A stretch of 64,000 nucleotides of DNA, taken from an uncultured Bacteroidales bacterium. Its GTDB lineage: Bacteria > Bacteroidota > Bacteroidia > Bacteroidales > UBA11471. Positions within the stretch are counted from its first letter, which is position 1. Each line of letters opens with the position of its first letter. The stretch lies in contig CANQDQ010000010.1 in the NCBI GenBank assembly GCA_947593515.1, positions 73 to 64,072 of the forward strand. Direction: 5' to 3'. The notes under the pieces are model-generated. The model was not told where the DNA came from. It made no database searches and saw only the letters and a list, made by a program, of their open reading frames with translations. A program made the position numbers and the translations under genes. Shown one piece after another: positions 1 through 9,813 of this stretch.

Positions 1-127
1 AATCATAATGATTATCAACGCTTTTGCATTATTCACCGAATCACCAAACAGAGTGCAAGGAAAACGTTTTGAAAAAGTATTCCTTATAAAAATCATTAAA
101 AAGTTTCGCAAATTAGAAACTTCCCGC

Positions 128-135
128 TATATTTG
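128..135 (+). promoter_or_regulatory. Bacteroidota -7 promoter box TATATTTG (consensus TAnnTTTG)
   Basis: Exact consensus match 18 nt upstream of the GTG start at 153. Confidence 0.4.
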
Positions 136-152
136 CGGAAACATGAAACGCG

Positions 153-491
153 GTGAAACAAAATATCTTCAAATTAGTTTTGTCCGATGAGGCAAAAGAC
201 TTCATAAACGGTTTGCCGGAAGAAGTATCTTACAAGATATACTACAACATCAAACGGGTAGCCGGCGGAGAACGAAACAACGAACTGTTCAAGAAATTGG
301 AGAATACCGAAATATGGGAATTTCGTACCCTTTACAACAAAACCGCTTACCGGTTGTTTGCTTTTTGGGACAAAGCAGAAGAAACGCTTGTCATCGCCAC
401 ACACGGAATAATCAAGAAGACACAAAAGACTCCGCACAAAGAGATTGCGAAAGCAGAGGCAATAAGAAAAGAATACTTCAAAAATAAATAA
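153..491 (+). CDS. RelE/ParE-superfamily toxin (HigB / Gp49-like)
   Basis: 112-aa basic protein with a GTG start. The pattern ...EFRTLYNKTAYRLFAFWDK..LVIATHGIIKKTQKTP..EI.KAE is typical of Gp49/HigB-type toxins. It lies 3 nt upstream of an XRE-HTH gene. Confidence 0.75.
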   Translation: MKQNIFKLVLSDEAKDFINGLPEEVSYKIYYNIKRVAGGERNNELFKKLENTEIWEFRTLYNKTAYRLFAFWDKAEETLVIATHGIIKKTQKTPHKEIAKAEAIRKEYFKNK

Positions 492-494
492 CGT

Positions 495-824
495 ATGACA
501 CAAATGAAATTTACGCCTTTTGAGGAGGTATTAGACGAACACTTCGGAAAAATAGGGACTCCGAAACGGGATAAATTTGAAAGAGATGTCGAAGAGGCAT
601 TGCACGCATACCGCATAGGAGAAGCGATAAAAGCAGTGCGGCTGCAACAGAACTTGACACAGAAAGAATTGGGCGAAAAAATCGGCGTACAAAAAGCACA
701 AATATCCCGCATGGAGAGAGGATACAGCATAAGCATTCCGACGATGAGCCGCGTATTCAAGGCATTGGGTATAGCTACGGCAACCCTCGACTTGGGTGTA
801 GCCGGAAAAATCGCCTTGTGGTAA
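495..824 (+). CDS. XRE-family HTH antitoxin (HigA-like)
   Basis: 109 aa. HTH_3 core LTQKELGEKIGVQKAQISRMERG. Tightly coupled to the upstream toxin gene. Confidence 0.8.
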   Translation: MTQMKFTPFEEVLDEHFGKIGTPKRDKFERDVEEALHAYRIGEAIKAVRLQQNLTQKELGEKIGVQKAQISRMERGYSISIPTMSRVFKALGIATATLDLGVAGKIALW

Positions 825-844
825 AAACAAAAGAGGTTATTCAA

Positions 845-882
845 TAAAAAAGGGGGCATACAAATGTCCCCCCCCTTTTTAT
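845..882. terminator. Bidirectional rho-independent terminator between convergent genes
   Basis: AAAAAAGGGGG..loop..CCCCCCCCTTTTT hairpin flanked by A and T runs, between the stops at 824 (+) and 906 (-). Confidence 0.6.
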
Positions 883-905
883 TGCCGATTATCAATGATT
901 TTCCG

Positions 906-1883
906 TTACGGACGTTTGAAATGAAGTGCGATTTCAAACTTGTCGGTATTCCTTTCCCAAATCGTTTGCAGGTCTTCTATTTTTTCCAAACCAAGCATTG
1001 GAAGCAACATAGGCATCAGAGGTGCCATATCTGCCGGAACGGCACTCATCGCCATTTCCCAAAGACCGGGCAGCAACGGCAGGAGTACTTCCATATAAGG
1101 TGCAACCATTTCCTTGTCGATGTACAACGTAAGCACGTCACTCTCCATCTTATATTTCAAGGGAATGCCGTTTTCGAGCAGATCGTTCAATTTATCTTCT
1201 CCTAAAAAACCGCTTAACATAGCGATAACAGCATCGAACGACACGCTGCTGCCATCTGCAGGAATTTGCGCTTTGATGGCTTCCATATCGAGCTTCAAAT
1301 TGACCATACCGTCTTTCAGCGACCACGATACCAACCCCGAAGGAGCATTCTCCCACGTGCGCGGATAAAGCGGGTATTCGAGCTTTTGTGCTTCCTCCGC
1401 GTTGTCGGCTTCAAGCGACGACCCCAACAAAGCCGATGCCATCCAAGTCATCAGAGCCGATTCCTCAACTGGCTTCCACGTACCATCAGAAGAATCCCAC
1501 ATTTGATTGAATATCGGTGAAGGATAATATTCAGCTGTCAACTCTCCGTTCTCCGAAAGCGTAATTGAATGAACAACCTCCGGCAGCAATTTTGACAACA
1601 AGTTAGTTCCCAAAAGAGACAAATTATCAGCATTCGGAGTTATTGTATCGCTCTTGGCTGTCCATTCCAAAGAAATCGACGGATAGGGATTGACAAATCG
1701 TTCAAATTCCCACGTATCAGGGTCCATTTCTCCTACTGCATAGGGTACTTGCAGCGAGAGATTCCACGTTCCCGACAAAGCGGAAACCTCCGGATCGACA
1801 GGCTTTACCTTATTCGAATCATCATCACAGGCAGAGAATGCAAACATACCTGCCAACACTAAAAGTAAATTGAGTTTTTTCAT
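906..1883 (-). CDS. Lipoprotein of unknown function
   Basis: 325-aa ORF with the lipoprotein signal MKKLNLLLVLAGMFAFSAC. A TATCTTTG box lies 30 nt upstream. I recognised no family. Confidence 0.65.
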   Translation of the reverse strand: MKKLNLLLVLAGMFAFSACDDDSNKVKPVDPEVSALSGTWNLSLQVPYAVGEMDPDTWEFERFVNPYPSISLEWTAKSDTITPNADNLSLLGTNLLSKLLPEVVHSITLSENGELTAEYYPSPIFNQMWDSSDGTWKPVEESALMTWMASALLGSSLEADNAEEAQKLEYPLYPRTWENAPSGLVSWSLKDGMVNLKLDMEAIKAQIPADGSSVSFDAVIAMLSGFLGEDKLNDLLENGIPLKYKMESDVLTLYIDKEMVAPYMEVLLPLLPGLWEMAMSAVPADMAPLMPMLLPMLGLEKIEDLQTIWERNTDKFEIALHFKRP

Positions 1884-1912
1884 TTTTCTTGTTTTAATTT
1901 TTAATTTTGCCG

Positions 1913-1920
1913 CAAAGATA
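1913..1920 (-). promoter_or_regulatory. -7 promoter box TATCTTTG (minus strand)
   Basis: Forward-strand caaagata is TATCTTTG on the minus strand, 30 nt upstream of the ATG at 1883. Confidence 0.45.
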
Positions 1921-1962
1921 ATATTTTATTTAATCATTAAATAAATGTGATTATTTTTTTTT

Positions 1963-2028
1963 GAATCATCATCACAAGCAAAGAATGCGAACATACCGTT
2001 TTTTCATTTTTAATTTGCCGCAAAGATA
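1963..2028 (-). pseudogene. Relic duplicate of the lipoprotein 5' end (promoter box, ATG and truncated signal peptide)
   Basis: 1963-2028 aligns to 1816-1920 but lacks a 23-nt internal segment. It retains TATCTTTG (2021-2028) and an ATG, then frameshifts to an 11-codon ORF. Confidence 0.6.
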
Positions 2029-2116
2029 TGAAATATATTGTTGTGCTATTAGGTAAATGCATTAATTTTTGTTTATTTCAAAAAAATCAAGAAATTCTCT
2101 CTATCTCCGGAAGCGG

Positions 2117-3265
2117 CTACAAGGCTTTTGCTTTCAAAAAATTCCGCACCGGATTGGCATACATTTCGAGAATGCGCTCCCGCAGAAACAGTTCGTCTTT
2201 TTGCGGCAAATCGATTTTCGCGACTTGCTGCTGCACGTAACGGTCGAACGTTTCCCGTTCGTCGGGGGTGTAATGTTCCGCCATGCTCCCCGCACCCCAC
2301 AACTCGTCGTAAGCGACATAATTCCCTGCATAGAAGCGGTAGTGTGAATGTATGGACGTGTCGATGAGGTGCGCCACCTCGGCAACAGCCTCCGTGCGGG
2401 GCATATCGGAGGAGAGGGCAGCCAATGACTCGTTCAGCGGCGCAGCCGCCTCGAAATGGATTTGCCCCTTGTAACCCACGATACCGGTCGCCATGTTGGT
2501 CAAGTCGTCCGACGGCTGCTTCCGGTAGTCGGCATCGTCGCGTTTGAGCTGCATCTCTTTGGCTTTCAGAAAATCGCACGGGTCGTATTCATACGATATA
2601 GCCACCGGAACGATATTCAGCGAACGGATATTTTCCATGAAGTCGCCGCCGCCGGCAAGGGCAAACATTTTGACGATGCTCTCCTGCGTACAGTCGTCGG
2701 AATTTTTGGCACGTCCCTCGCGCTGCGCTATCCACACCGACTGCCGCTTCTCCTGCACGGCGTGGTGCATATAGGCAGAAAGGCGCATCGACACTTCGAG
2801 CATCTGCCGGCGGGAAACGCCGCGATTGACGATAAAACTCTTGTTGAGGCGCACGAAATCGACAATCCACGGATAGATGAGCAGATTGTCGCCGATGGCT
2901 ATCTCGCACGTATCGAAACCGCTCTTATAGAGGACGAGGTTGAGAAATGCCGAATCGAGCGTTATATCGCGGTGGTTGGAAACATAGGTGTAACAGTCGT
3001 TCCGCGAAAGATTCGCAAATCCGCCGGAAGTAAGCCCTTTCGACGCTTTCTCCACGAGAGCGTTCAAGGTCGGCAGAGCCAACTGCACTTGAAAATCCCT
3101 GACCGTGCGGCAGTTTCTCAGCACCGACAAAAAAGAATCCAAGTCGGGAACGATATGCGAAACCGCCTTGCAGAAAAGCGGTTCTTCGCTCAATCGGGCG
3201 GCAGCTTCCGCCACCTCCGCTCCCTCGTAAGGGCGTATCGAATCAAAATCAAAAACCTGTTCCAT
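2117..3265 (-). CDS. Glycerolipid acyltransferase (PlsC/GPAT-like family)
   Basis: 382 aa. Acyltransferase-type block SNHRDITLDSAF followed by ...FIVNRG...EGRAKN. Adjacent to ddl, as in many Bacteroidales. Confidence 0.65.
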   Translation of the reverse strand: MEQVFDFDSIRPYEGAEVAEAAARLSEEPLFCKAVSHIVPDLDSFLSVLRNCRTVRDFQVQLALPTLNALVEKASKGLTSGGFANLSRNDCYTYVSNHRDITLDSAFLNLVLYKSGFDTCEIAIGDNLLIYPWIVDFVRLNKSFIVNRGVSRRQMLEVSMRLSAYMHHAVQEKRQSVWIAQREGRAKNSDDCTQESIVKMFALAGGGDFMENIRSLNIVPVAISYEYDPCDFLKAKEMQLKRDDADYRKQPSDDLTNMATGIVGYKGQIHFEAAAPLNESLAALSSDMPRTEAVAEVAHLIDTSIHSHYRFYAGNYVAYDELWGAGSMAEHYTPDERETFDRYVQQQVAKIDLPQKDELFLRERILEMYANPVRNFLKAKAL

Positions 3266-3283
3266 ACCTCTTTCTCCATTTCG

Positions 3284-4267
3284 TTATCGCGCCAGTTCCG
3301 TTTCTATGATGTCGGTCATCACCTGTCGAATGTCCAACCCTGCCGCCCGCACCTGCTGCGGAATGAAGCTCGTCGGCGTCATGCCGGGCGTCGTGTTCAC
3401 TTCGAGCAGATAGGGGACGCCTTTCACAATGATGTAGTCGGCGCGGATAATGCCTTTGCATTCGAGCAGGTCGTATATGCGGGCGGTCGCCTGCTGCACC
3501 GCCTGCATCTGTTCGTCGGGAATACGGGCAGGGGTAATCTCCGACACTTTCGAGAGGGTATATTTGGCTTCGTAGTCGAAAAATTCGTTTTTGCTCACTA
3601 CTTCGGTAATGGGCAGCACGGTCTTTCCGTGCATCGTGCAATAGCAGCCGCACGACACTTCCGTGCCTTCGAGAAACGACTCCGCCACCACTTCGTTGTC
3701 TTCGGCAAACGCCGCCGTTATCGCCGGCAGTACGGCGTCTGCCGTTTTCACTTTCGTCGTGCCGAAACTCGACCCGCCCTGATTGGGTTTGATGAAACAG
3801 GGCAGCCCTACGGCATCGACAATTTCCTGCGCCGTAACTTTCTCGCCGTGCAGAATCCGTCTCGAACGGGCGATGTGAAACCCGAATCTCGCCAGATACT
3901 GATTGCAAAAATATTTGCTGAACGTGAGCGCCGCCGCCAGCACGCCGCAACAGCTGTACGGCATACCGATCATATCGAAGTAGCCTTGCAAGAGGCCGTT
4001 TTCGCCCGGTGTTCCGTGTATGGTGATATACGCCAAGTCGAAGCCGATTTTCCTGCCGTCCACCGTTATCGAAAAATCATTCTTATCGACCGGCGTTTCC
4101 GACCCGTCGGACAGCACGGCGTTCCACGCTTCGCGGGTGATACATATCATATATACATCGTAACGCTCGGCATCGAGAAAAGAGGCGATGCCCTGCGCGC
4201 TCTTGCGCGAGATGACGACTTCGGAAGAGTAGCCGCCGAACACGACGGCGATATTTCGTTTTTTCAT
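3284..4267 (-). CDS. ddl: D-alanine--D-alanine ligase
   Basis: 327 aa. N-terminus MKKRNIAVVFGGYSSEVVISRKSA, ATP-grasp blocks (FIKPNQGGSSFG, EVNTTPGMT). Confidence 0.9.
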   Translation of the reverse strand: MKKRNIAVVFGGYSSEVVISRKSAQGIASFLDAERYDVYMICITREAWNAVLSDGSETPVDKNDFSITVDGRKIGFDLAYITIHGTPGENGLLQGYFDMIGMPYSCCGVLAAALTFSKYFCNQYLARFGFHIARSRRILHGEKVTAQEIVDAVGLPCFIKPNQGGSSFGTTKVKTADAVLPAITAAFAEDNEVVAESFLEGTEVSCGCYCTMHGKTVLPITEVVSKNEFFDYEAKYTLSKVSEITPARIPDEQMQAVQQATARIYDLLECKGIIRADYIIVKGVPYLLEVNTTPGMTPTSFIPQQVRAAGLDIRQVMTDIIETELAR

Positions 4268-4277
4268 ATTCGCAATA

Positions 4278-5345
4278 TTATAATTCCATTGTTTCCTTGT
4301 TGTTGCTGTATGTACGCCAGCGTTCTATCAGCGCCGACATGTCGGGCGGCAGCTCCGAATCGAAGAAAAGCCGCTTCCCCGCTGTCGGGTGCGTGAATCC
4401 CAACGTCTTGGCGTGCAGCGCCTGACGGGGGCATATCTCGAAACAGTTGTGCACGAACTGTCGGTATTTGGCGAAAGTCGTACCTTTGAGTATTTCGTCG
4501 CCGCCGTAGCGGGCATCGTTGAAAAGCGTGTGTCCGATATGTTTCATGTGCACCCGTATCTGGTGCGTGCGCCCCGTTTCGAGGCGACACTCGACCAACG
4601 ATACGTAGCCCAGCCGTTCCAGCGTGGTGTAATGCGTTACCGCCGGCTTGCCTTGACTGCCGTCGGTGAAAACCGTCATTTGCAGACGGTCTTTCGGATT
4701 CCTGCCGATATTGCCTTCGATGCGTCCTTCGGCTTCCTCCATGCGTCCCCACACCAACGCCACATACTTCCGCTCGGTCGTTTTCTCGAAAAACTGTTTT
4801 CCGAGCGAAGTTTTCGCCGTCGGCGTCTTGGCGACGACCAACAAGCCCGATGTATCTTTATCGATGCGGTGCACCAACCCGAGTCGTGGGTCGGTAACGT
4901 CGAAATCGGGGTCGTCGCGGAAACGGAACGCCAGCGCATTGAGCAGCGTTCCCGTATAATTTCCGTGTCCCGGGTGCACGACAAGACCCGCCGGTTTGTT
5001 TACCACTAATACGTCGGCATCTTCATACACCACATCGAGCGGGATATCCTCCGGCAGAATATCATTCTCATACGGCGGACGGTCCATGACGATGGAAACG
5101 ACATCGAGCGGCTTCACCCGATAATTCGATTTCACCGGCTTGCCGTTCACCAATATGCAACCCGCCTCCGCAGCCTGTTGTATGCGGTTTCGCGACACGT
5201 TTCCCGTGCGGGCGACCAAGAACTTGTCGATGCGCAGCAAATCCTGCCCCTTGTCCACCACAAAGCGGTAATGCTCGTATAGCTCTCGCGAATCGCCATC
5301 GTCGAGCTCTATATCGTCATCGGCATATCTGTTTTCGCTATCCAT
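4278..5345 (-). CDS. rluD: 23S rRNA pseudouridine synthase, RluA/RluD family
   Basis: 355 aa. S4 domain (RIDKFL...SRNRIQ) and the catalytic motif HRIDKDTSGLLVVAKT. Confidence 0.9.
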   Translation of the reverse strand: MDSENRYADDDIELDDGDSRELYEHYRFVVDKGQDLLRIDKFLVARTGNVSRNRIQQAAEAGCILVNGKPVKSNYRVKPLDVVSIVMDRPPYENDILPEDIPLDVVYEDADVLVVNKPAGLVVHPGHGNYTGTLLNALAFRFRDDPDFDVTDPRLGLVHRIDKDTSGLLVVAKTPTAKTSLGKQFFEKTTERKYVALVWGRMEEAEGRIEGNIGRNPKDRLQMTVFTDGSQGKPAVTHYTTLERLGYVSLVECRLETGRTHQIRVHMKHIGHTLFNDARYGGDEILKGTTFAKYRQFVHNCFEICPRQALHAKTLGFTHPTAGKRLFFDSELPPDMSALIERWRTYSNNKETMEL

Positions 5346-5357
5346 ACGGGCAACGGG

Positions 5358-5990
5358 CTACAAATCCAAAAGGTCGAAATCCGTTAATTCCACGACATCT
5401 GTTTCCGTAGAATCTTCCGCTGCCGATACGACTTTCCGTCGTGCCGGCAGGAAACGTCCGTTTCCCACCACCAGCGTCAATCGGGTATCTTCGGCATAAC
5501 GTTCTTCCGCATCTATCGGCTCCCCGTCGGCAAGCACTCTCAATACCAAGTCTTTATATTCCGAGTCTTCATATACGATATACGGTTTCGGAAAGCCGAG
5601 GCTTTTCAAAACCTCCTGCGCCTGCCGGTAAGACAAATCGTCCAGTTTGGGAATCGGAATCCGTCGGGGCGAAAACGCATTGACGGTAAGATATATCGTG
5701 CGTCCCCGTTTTACCGAGCTTCCGGCACAGGGCACCTGATCGAGTACGACACCTCTCGGCCGGTCGTCGATATACATCGAATCCACAATCGTCGCATACA
5801 TTTCGTGCTCTGCCAGCAATATATCGGCATCGTCATAAAAAAGATCGACGATATCGGGCACCTCTACGGACTCGCCATGCCGCGTATAGTGGTCGAGCCA
5901 CCAAAAAGCGCCGCCGACAAGCAGCACGGCAACCAGCAAAAGAATAAGGATATGCAATCCAACAGCCTTGAAGCGAACACGTATTTTCAT
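5358..5990 (-). CDS. PASTA domain-containing membrane protein (no kinase or PBP domain)
   Basis: Start chosen at ATG 5990 (MKIRVRFKAV..). It has an N-terminal TM helix then PASTA-like repeats (VPDIVDL..., IPKLDDLSYRQAQEVLKSLGF). Confidence 0.7.
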   Translation of the reverse strand: MKIRVRFKAVGLHILILLLVAVLLVGGAFWWLDHYTRHGESVEVPDIVDLFYDDADILLAEHEMYATIVDSMYIDDRPRGVVLDQVPCAGSSVKRGRTIYLTVNAFSPRRIPIPKLDDLSYRQAQEVLKSLGFPKPYIVYEDSEYKDLVLRVLADGEPIDAEERYAEDTRLTLVVGNGRFLPARRKVVSAAEDSTETDVVELTDFDLLDL

Positions 5991-6149
5991 AGCGATGCCT
6001 GCGATGATTCGATAAAATTCACAGGACAAAGATAACCATATTTTCAACGCAGAGAGCTGTTCGGAATATATTTTTACCGAATAAATGTTTTCTTCAAGGG
6101 AAAATTTCTAAAAAAATCCGTTTCATTTACGTTCTTCGGTAAAAGTGAT

Positions 6150-6157
6150 TATCTTTG
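6150..6157 (+). promoter_or_regulatory. -7 promoter box TATCTTTG
   Basis: Exact consensus 46 nt upstream of ATG 6204. Confidence 0.4.
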
Positions 6158-6203
6158 TCAAGGGAGAAAACCGTTTTTCTCCGACAGCACGCAATTGAGG
6201 ACA

Positions 6204-7100
6204 ATGAAGAAACAGGTTTCCATCGTATGGGTTATCGTCGCAGGCTCTATGCTGCTTGCCATCGCCGCCGCGCTCATCGGCTACGCCTATTGGCAGCACG
6301 CCGAAATGCGGCGCTTCAAAGAGCGCGTTTCCCTCGAAGCGGAACGGGAGCGCCTCGAAGAAGAGTATGCCGACATCTCCCAAGAATACAACTTCTACGA
6401 ACAGCGGAACGTATATTTCAACAACGACTCCCTCTCCGAGCAGCTTGCGCGGGAAAAGCTGCGGGTGCAGCGACTGCTCGAAGAACTGCGCACCAACAAG
6501 GATTTCAATTCATCGACGTTGGACACACTGCAATCCCAATTGACAACCTTGCGGCAAAGCATTCGCTTCTATCGCTCGCAAATCGACTCCCTCAGCCGCG
6601 AAAACCAACAACTGCAAGCCGAACGTAACGATGCTCTCGACCGCTACCGGAAAGCGGCGCAAACTGCCGACCGACTTCAAAAAGACAACGAAAACCTCCA
6701 CGAAAAAGTGAATCAGGCTGCCCGCCTCGAAGCCATCGACCTGCAAATCGAAACCCTCAACAAACGCGGGAAAAACACCCTTTCGTGCGACAAAGTCGAA
6801 CGTATCAAAATACAATTCGTCATCGCCCGAAACACGTTGGTGCCGCACGGCGAAAAAGAGATATACCTCTGCATCGTCAAACCCGACGGACAAACGCTCG
6901 TCAAAGACCGGACAAACATTTTCACGCACAACGACCAGAAATACTATTCGCTCCGCCAAATCATGGATTACACCGGCATCGCCGAAAAAATGTATTTTTC
7001 GTGGAATGTCGAAGAGTACCTCCCCGTCGGCATCTATTCGGTCGAAATATACGCTGATAATCAACTCATCGGCTCGGGAATCTTTTCCTTGAAAAAATAA
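6204..7100 (+). CDS. Membrane-anchored coiled-coil protein, function unknown
   Basis: ATG at 6204 (the track start at 6195 is TTG). TM helix VSIVWVIVAGSMLLAIAAALIGYAYW, then a long heptad-rich region and a C-terminal beta-rich domain. Confidence 0.6.
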   Translation: MKKQVSIVWVIVAGSMLLAIAAALIGYAYWQHAEMRRFKERVSLEAERERLEEEYADISQEYNFYEQRNVYFNNDSLSEQLAREKLRVQRLLEELRTNKDFNSSTLDTLQSQLTTLRQSIRFYRSQIDSLSRENQQLQAERNDALDRYRKAAQTADRLQKDNENLHEKVNQAARLEAIDLQIETLNKRGKNTLSCDKVERIKIQFVIARNTLVPHGEKEIYLCIVKPDGQTLVKDRTNIFTHNDQKYYSLRQIMDYTGIAEKMYFSWNVEEYLPVGIYSVEIYADNQLIGSGIFSLKK

Positions 7101-7171
7101 TCGTTCCCTTTTCCGTTTGACAAAAAAGAATTTTTTTGCCCCAAAACCGTGTACAGACGGATTAATTGCTT

Positions 7172-7179
7172 TATATTTG
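7172..7179 (+). promoter_or_regulatory. -7 promoter box TATATTTG
   Basis: Exact consensus about 138 nt upstream of the TolC-like start. The intervening leader contains a TTGTTGCG-TATT-CGCAACAA hairpin. Confidence 0.35.
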
Positions 7180-7316
7180 TAAAAATTTAGGCATCGGAGA
7201 AAAACTCAACCCGACCCGAATTATCGGAAGCGGTGTTTTTTTCTACGAATTTGTTGCGTATTCGCAACAAAACAAGATGCCTGAATGTATTAATATCGGA
7301 ATCAATTCTTGAAAAG

Positions 7317-8774
7317 ATGAAAAAAAGCATCGCCTTCGCGGTTCTGTTTTTGGTCGCCGCTTCCGTTACGAAAGCGCAGCAACCGCTCACTCTCGACTCC
7401 TGCCGGCAAATGGCGTTACGCAACAATACGCAGCTGCGCATATCCGAAGCCAAGATAAAAGCGGCGCATTACAACCGGAAAGCCGCTTTCGCTACCTATT
7501 TTCCGGGCATCGACGTCACCGGCGGGTATCTGTACAGCTCCCGCGAAATATCTCTGTTGAACGAAAATCTGCAAAAGAGTTTGCCTCAACTCGGTACGGC
7601 ATTGGTACAGAATCTGGCAACGGCAGCGGCTTCAAATCCTGTATTGGCAGGAGTGCTGGCAACTCTCGGTGGCGGATTGGAAGCCCCGCTGAATCAATTG
7701 GGGCAGACTGTCGTCGATGAATTTCACACCGATACGCGAAATATGTTTGCCGGCACCGTAACCCTCATGCAGCCTATCTACATGGGCGGGAAAATTCGTG
7801 CGTACAACAAAATCACCCATTATGCCGAAGACTTGGCGAAAAGCCAACACAATACCGAAGTACAGGAACTCGTTTACAAAATAGACGAACTCTATTGGCA
7901 GGTCGTATCGCTCAGTTATAAAAAGCAACTCGCCGAAAGCTACGCCCGATTGCTCGACGAACTCGACAACAACGTGCAAGCCATGATCGACGAAGGCGTG
8001 GCTACCCGCTCCGATGGACTCTCCGTCGCCGTCAAAGCCAACGAGGCGCAAATCACCCTTACTCAAGTAACCGACGGTCTCAGTCTGGCAAAAATGGTAC
8101 TCGCCCAAATGTGCGGGCTGCCCATCGATGCAGGCTTCCAATTGAACGATGAAGTTGCGCCCGTCGAAAACGAAACAGCCCTTCAACCCGAAACCGTCCC
8201 CATCGATATGGAAACGGTATTTGCCAACCGCAGCGAAATACAAAGCCTCTCGTTCGCCGAAAAAATATTCCGAAACAAACAGAAAGTCGTCATGTCGGGA
8301 ATGCTTCCCACTTTGGCACTTACCGGCAGCTACACGCTGACGAATCCGACTTTGTACAACGGGTTTGAACGGGAATTCAAAGGAATCTTCAACGTCGGCG
8401 TCGTATTGCGCATTCCTATCCTGCATTGGGGTGAAAACATCTACAAATACCGCTCGGCAAAAGCCGATAGCTACATCGCCCGACTCAATATGAAAGAGGC
8501 GAAAGAAAAAATCGAACTGCAAGTAAACCAAGCCTCTTTCAAAGTGAACGAAGCCTACAAACGGCTCGACATGACCAAACACAATCTGGAAAATGCCGAC
8601 GAAAACCTGCATAACGCCCAAACCGGCTTCAAAGAAGGCGTGCTCACCACCAGCAACCTGCTGGAAGCCCAGACGGCTTGGTTGAAAGCCCAATCGGAAT
8701 ACATCGATGCCCGCATCGGCGTCAAACTCTGCGATGCCTATCTCAGCAAAGCCGTCGGCATGATGCCATATTGA
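7317..8774 (+). CDS. TolC-family outer membrane efflux protein
   Basis: Start at MKKSIAFAVLFLVAASVTKAQQ (signal peptide). About 485 aa with two OEP repeats, first gene of the efflux cluster. Confidence 0.85.
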   Translation: MKKSIAFAVLFLVAASVTKAQQPLTLDSCRQMALRNNTQLRISEAKIKAAHYNRKAAFATYFPGIDVTGGYLYSSREISLLNENLQKSLPQLGTALVQNLATAAASNPVLAGVLATLGGGLEAPLNQLGQTVVDEFHTDTRNMFAGTVTLMQPIYMGGKIRAYNKITHYAEDLAKSQHNTEVQELVYKIDELYWQVVSLSYKKQLAESYARLLDELDNNVQAMIDEGVATRSDGLSVAVKANEAQITLTQVTDGLSLAKMVLAQMCGLPIDAGFQLNDEVAPVENETALQPETVPIDMETVFANRSEIQSLSFAEKIFRNKQKVVMSGMLPTLALTGSYTLTNPTLYNGFEREFKGIFNVGVVLRIPILHWGENIYKYRSAKADSYIARLNMKEAKEKIELQVNQASFKVNEAYKRLDMTKHNLENADENLHNAQTGFKEGVLTTSNLLEAQTAWLKAQSEYIDARIGVKLCDAYLSKAVGMMPY

Positions 8775-8808
8775 TTTACCAAAACAGTAACCACAAATTT
8801 ATTTTACA

Positions 8809-9798
8809 ATGGATAACTCTAATAAAGAAAAGGGATTGACTATCGGATTGGTTGCGATAATTCTCGTTATCGTATTGCTCGCCCTCATCGGCTTCTTCTT
8901 GTTGGACCCGAAAACGGAAATCGTTCAAGGGCAAGCCGAAGCCACGCAAATACGCATATCCGGAAAACTTCCCGGTCGTATTGCCGAATATTGGGTAGAA
9001 GAAGGACAGCGCGTACATCGCGGCGACACGCTGGTGCGCATCTCTTCGCCCGACGCCGAAGCCAAACTCCTGCAAGCCTCCGCCATGGAGAGTGTTTACA
9101 AAGCCACCAACGAAAAAGTCGATAACGGCGCGCGCAAAGAGGTGATACAATCGGCTTACGATATGTGGCAAAAAGCATTGGCAGGATTGGAAATAGCGAA
9201 AAAATCGTTCGACCGCATGAATGCCCTTTACGAAAAAGGCGTCATCTCCGCCCAAAAGCGCGATGAAGTCGAAGCACAATACAAAGCGATGGTCGCTACC
9301 GAAAGCGCCGCCCGCGCCCAATACGATTTGGCAGTCAGCGGTGCGCAAAGCGAAGACAAAAAAGCGGCGGCCGCCATGGTGCTTGCCGCACAAGGTGGCG
9401 TGAATCAGGTGAAATCGGTACTGGCAGATTCCTATCTGACCGCTCCTGTCGACGGCGAAGTGTCGGAAATATTCCCCAACGTGAGCGAACTCGTGGGCAC
9501 CGGCGCTCCTATCATGAACGTACTGCAACTCGACGATATGTGGGTAACGTTCAACGTGCGCGAAGAGCTGTTGAAAGACTTCACGATGGGTAAAGAAATA
9601 AATGTCGTCATACCGGCACTCGGCAATGAAAAAGCCGTGCTCAAAATCTATTTCATAAAAGATATGGGCAGCTATGCCGTATGGAGAGCCACCAAAGCTA
9701 CGGGAAGCTACGATGCACGGACGTTCCAAATCAAAGCCCGCCCCACAAGTCCTATCAAAGACTTGCGACCGGGAATGTCGGTACTGATACAAAAATAG
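8809..9798 (+). CDS. HlyD-family membrane fusion / periplasmic adaptor protein
   Basis: 329 aa. N-terminal TM, biotinyl-lipoyl-like hairpin (VQGQAEATQIRISGKLPGRI...GDTLVRI), coiled coil, beta-barrel C-terminus. Confidence 0.85.
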   Translation: MDNSNKEKGLTIGLVAIILVIVLLALIGFFLLDPKTEIVQGQAEATQIRISGKLPGRIAEYWVEEGQRVHRGDTLVRISSPDAEAKLLQASAMESVYKATNEKVDNGARKEVIQSAYDMWQKALAGLEIAKKSFDRMNALYEKGVISAQKRDEVEAQYKAMVATESAARAQYDLAVSGAQSEDKKAAAAMVLAAQGGVNQVKSVLADSYLTAPVDGEVSEIFPNVSELVGTGAPIMNVLQLDDMWVTFNVREELLKDFTMGKEINVVIPALGNEKAVLKIYFIKDMGSYAVWRATKATGSYDARTFQIKARPTSPIKDLRPGMSVLIQK

Positions 9799-9813
9799 AG
9801 GCGTTTGCACACA

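Noticed and set aside
8-190. 60-aa ORF at the left edge
   Set aside because: It overlaps the promoter and start of the RelE-like gene in another frame and has no supporting features.
2456-4396. 646-aa ORF on the + strand spanning the acyltransferase, ddl and rluD region
   Set aside because: It is antisense to three genes with clear family motifs. Its translation is R/H/G/A-rich low-information sequence typical of shadow ORFs in GC-rich DNA, and no promoter box or recognisable domain is present.
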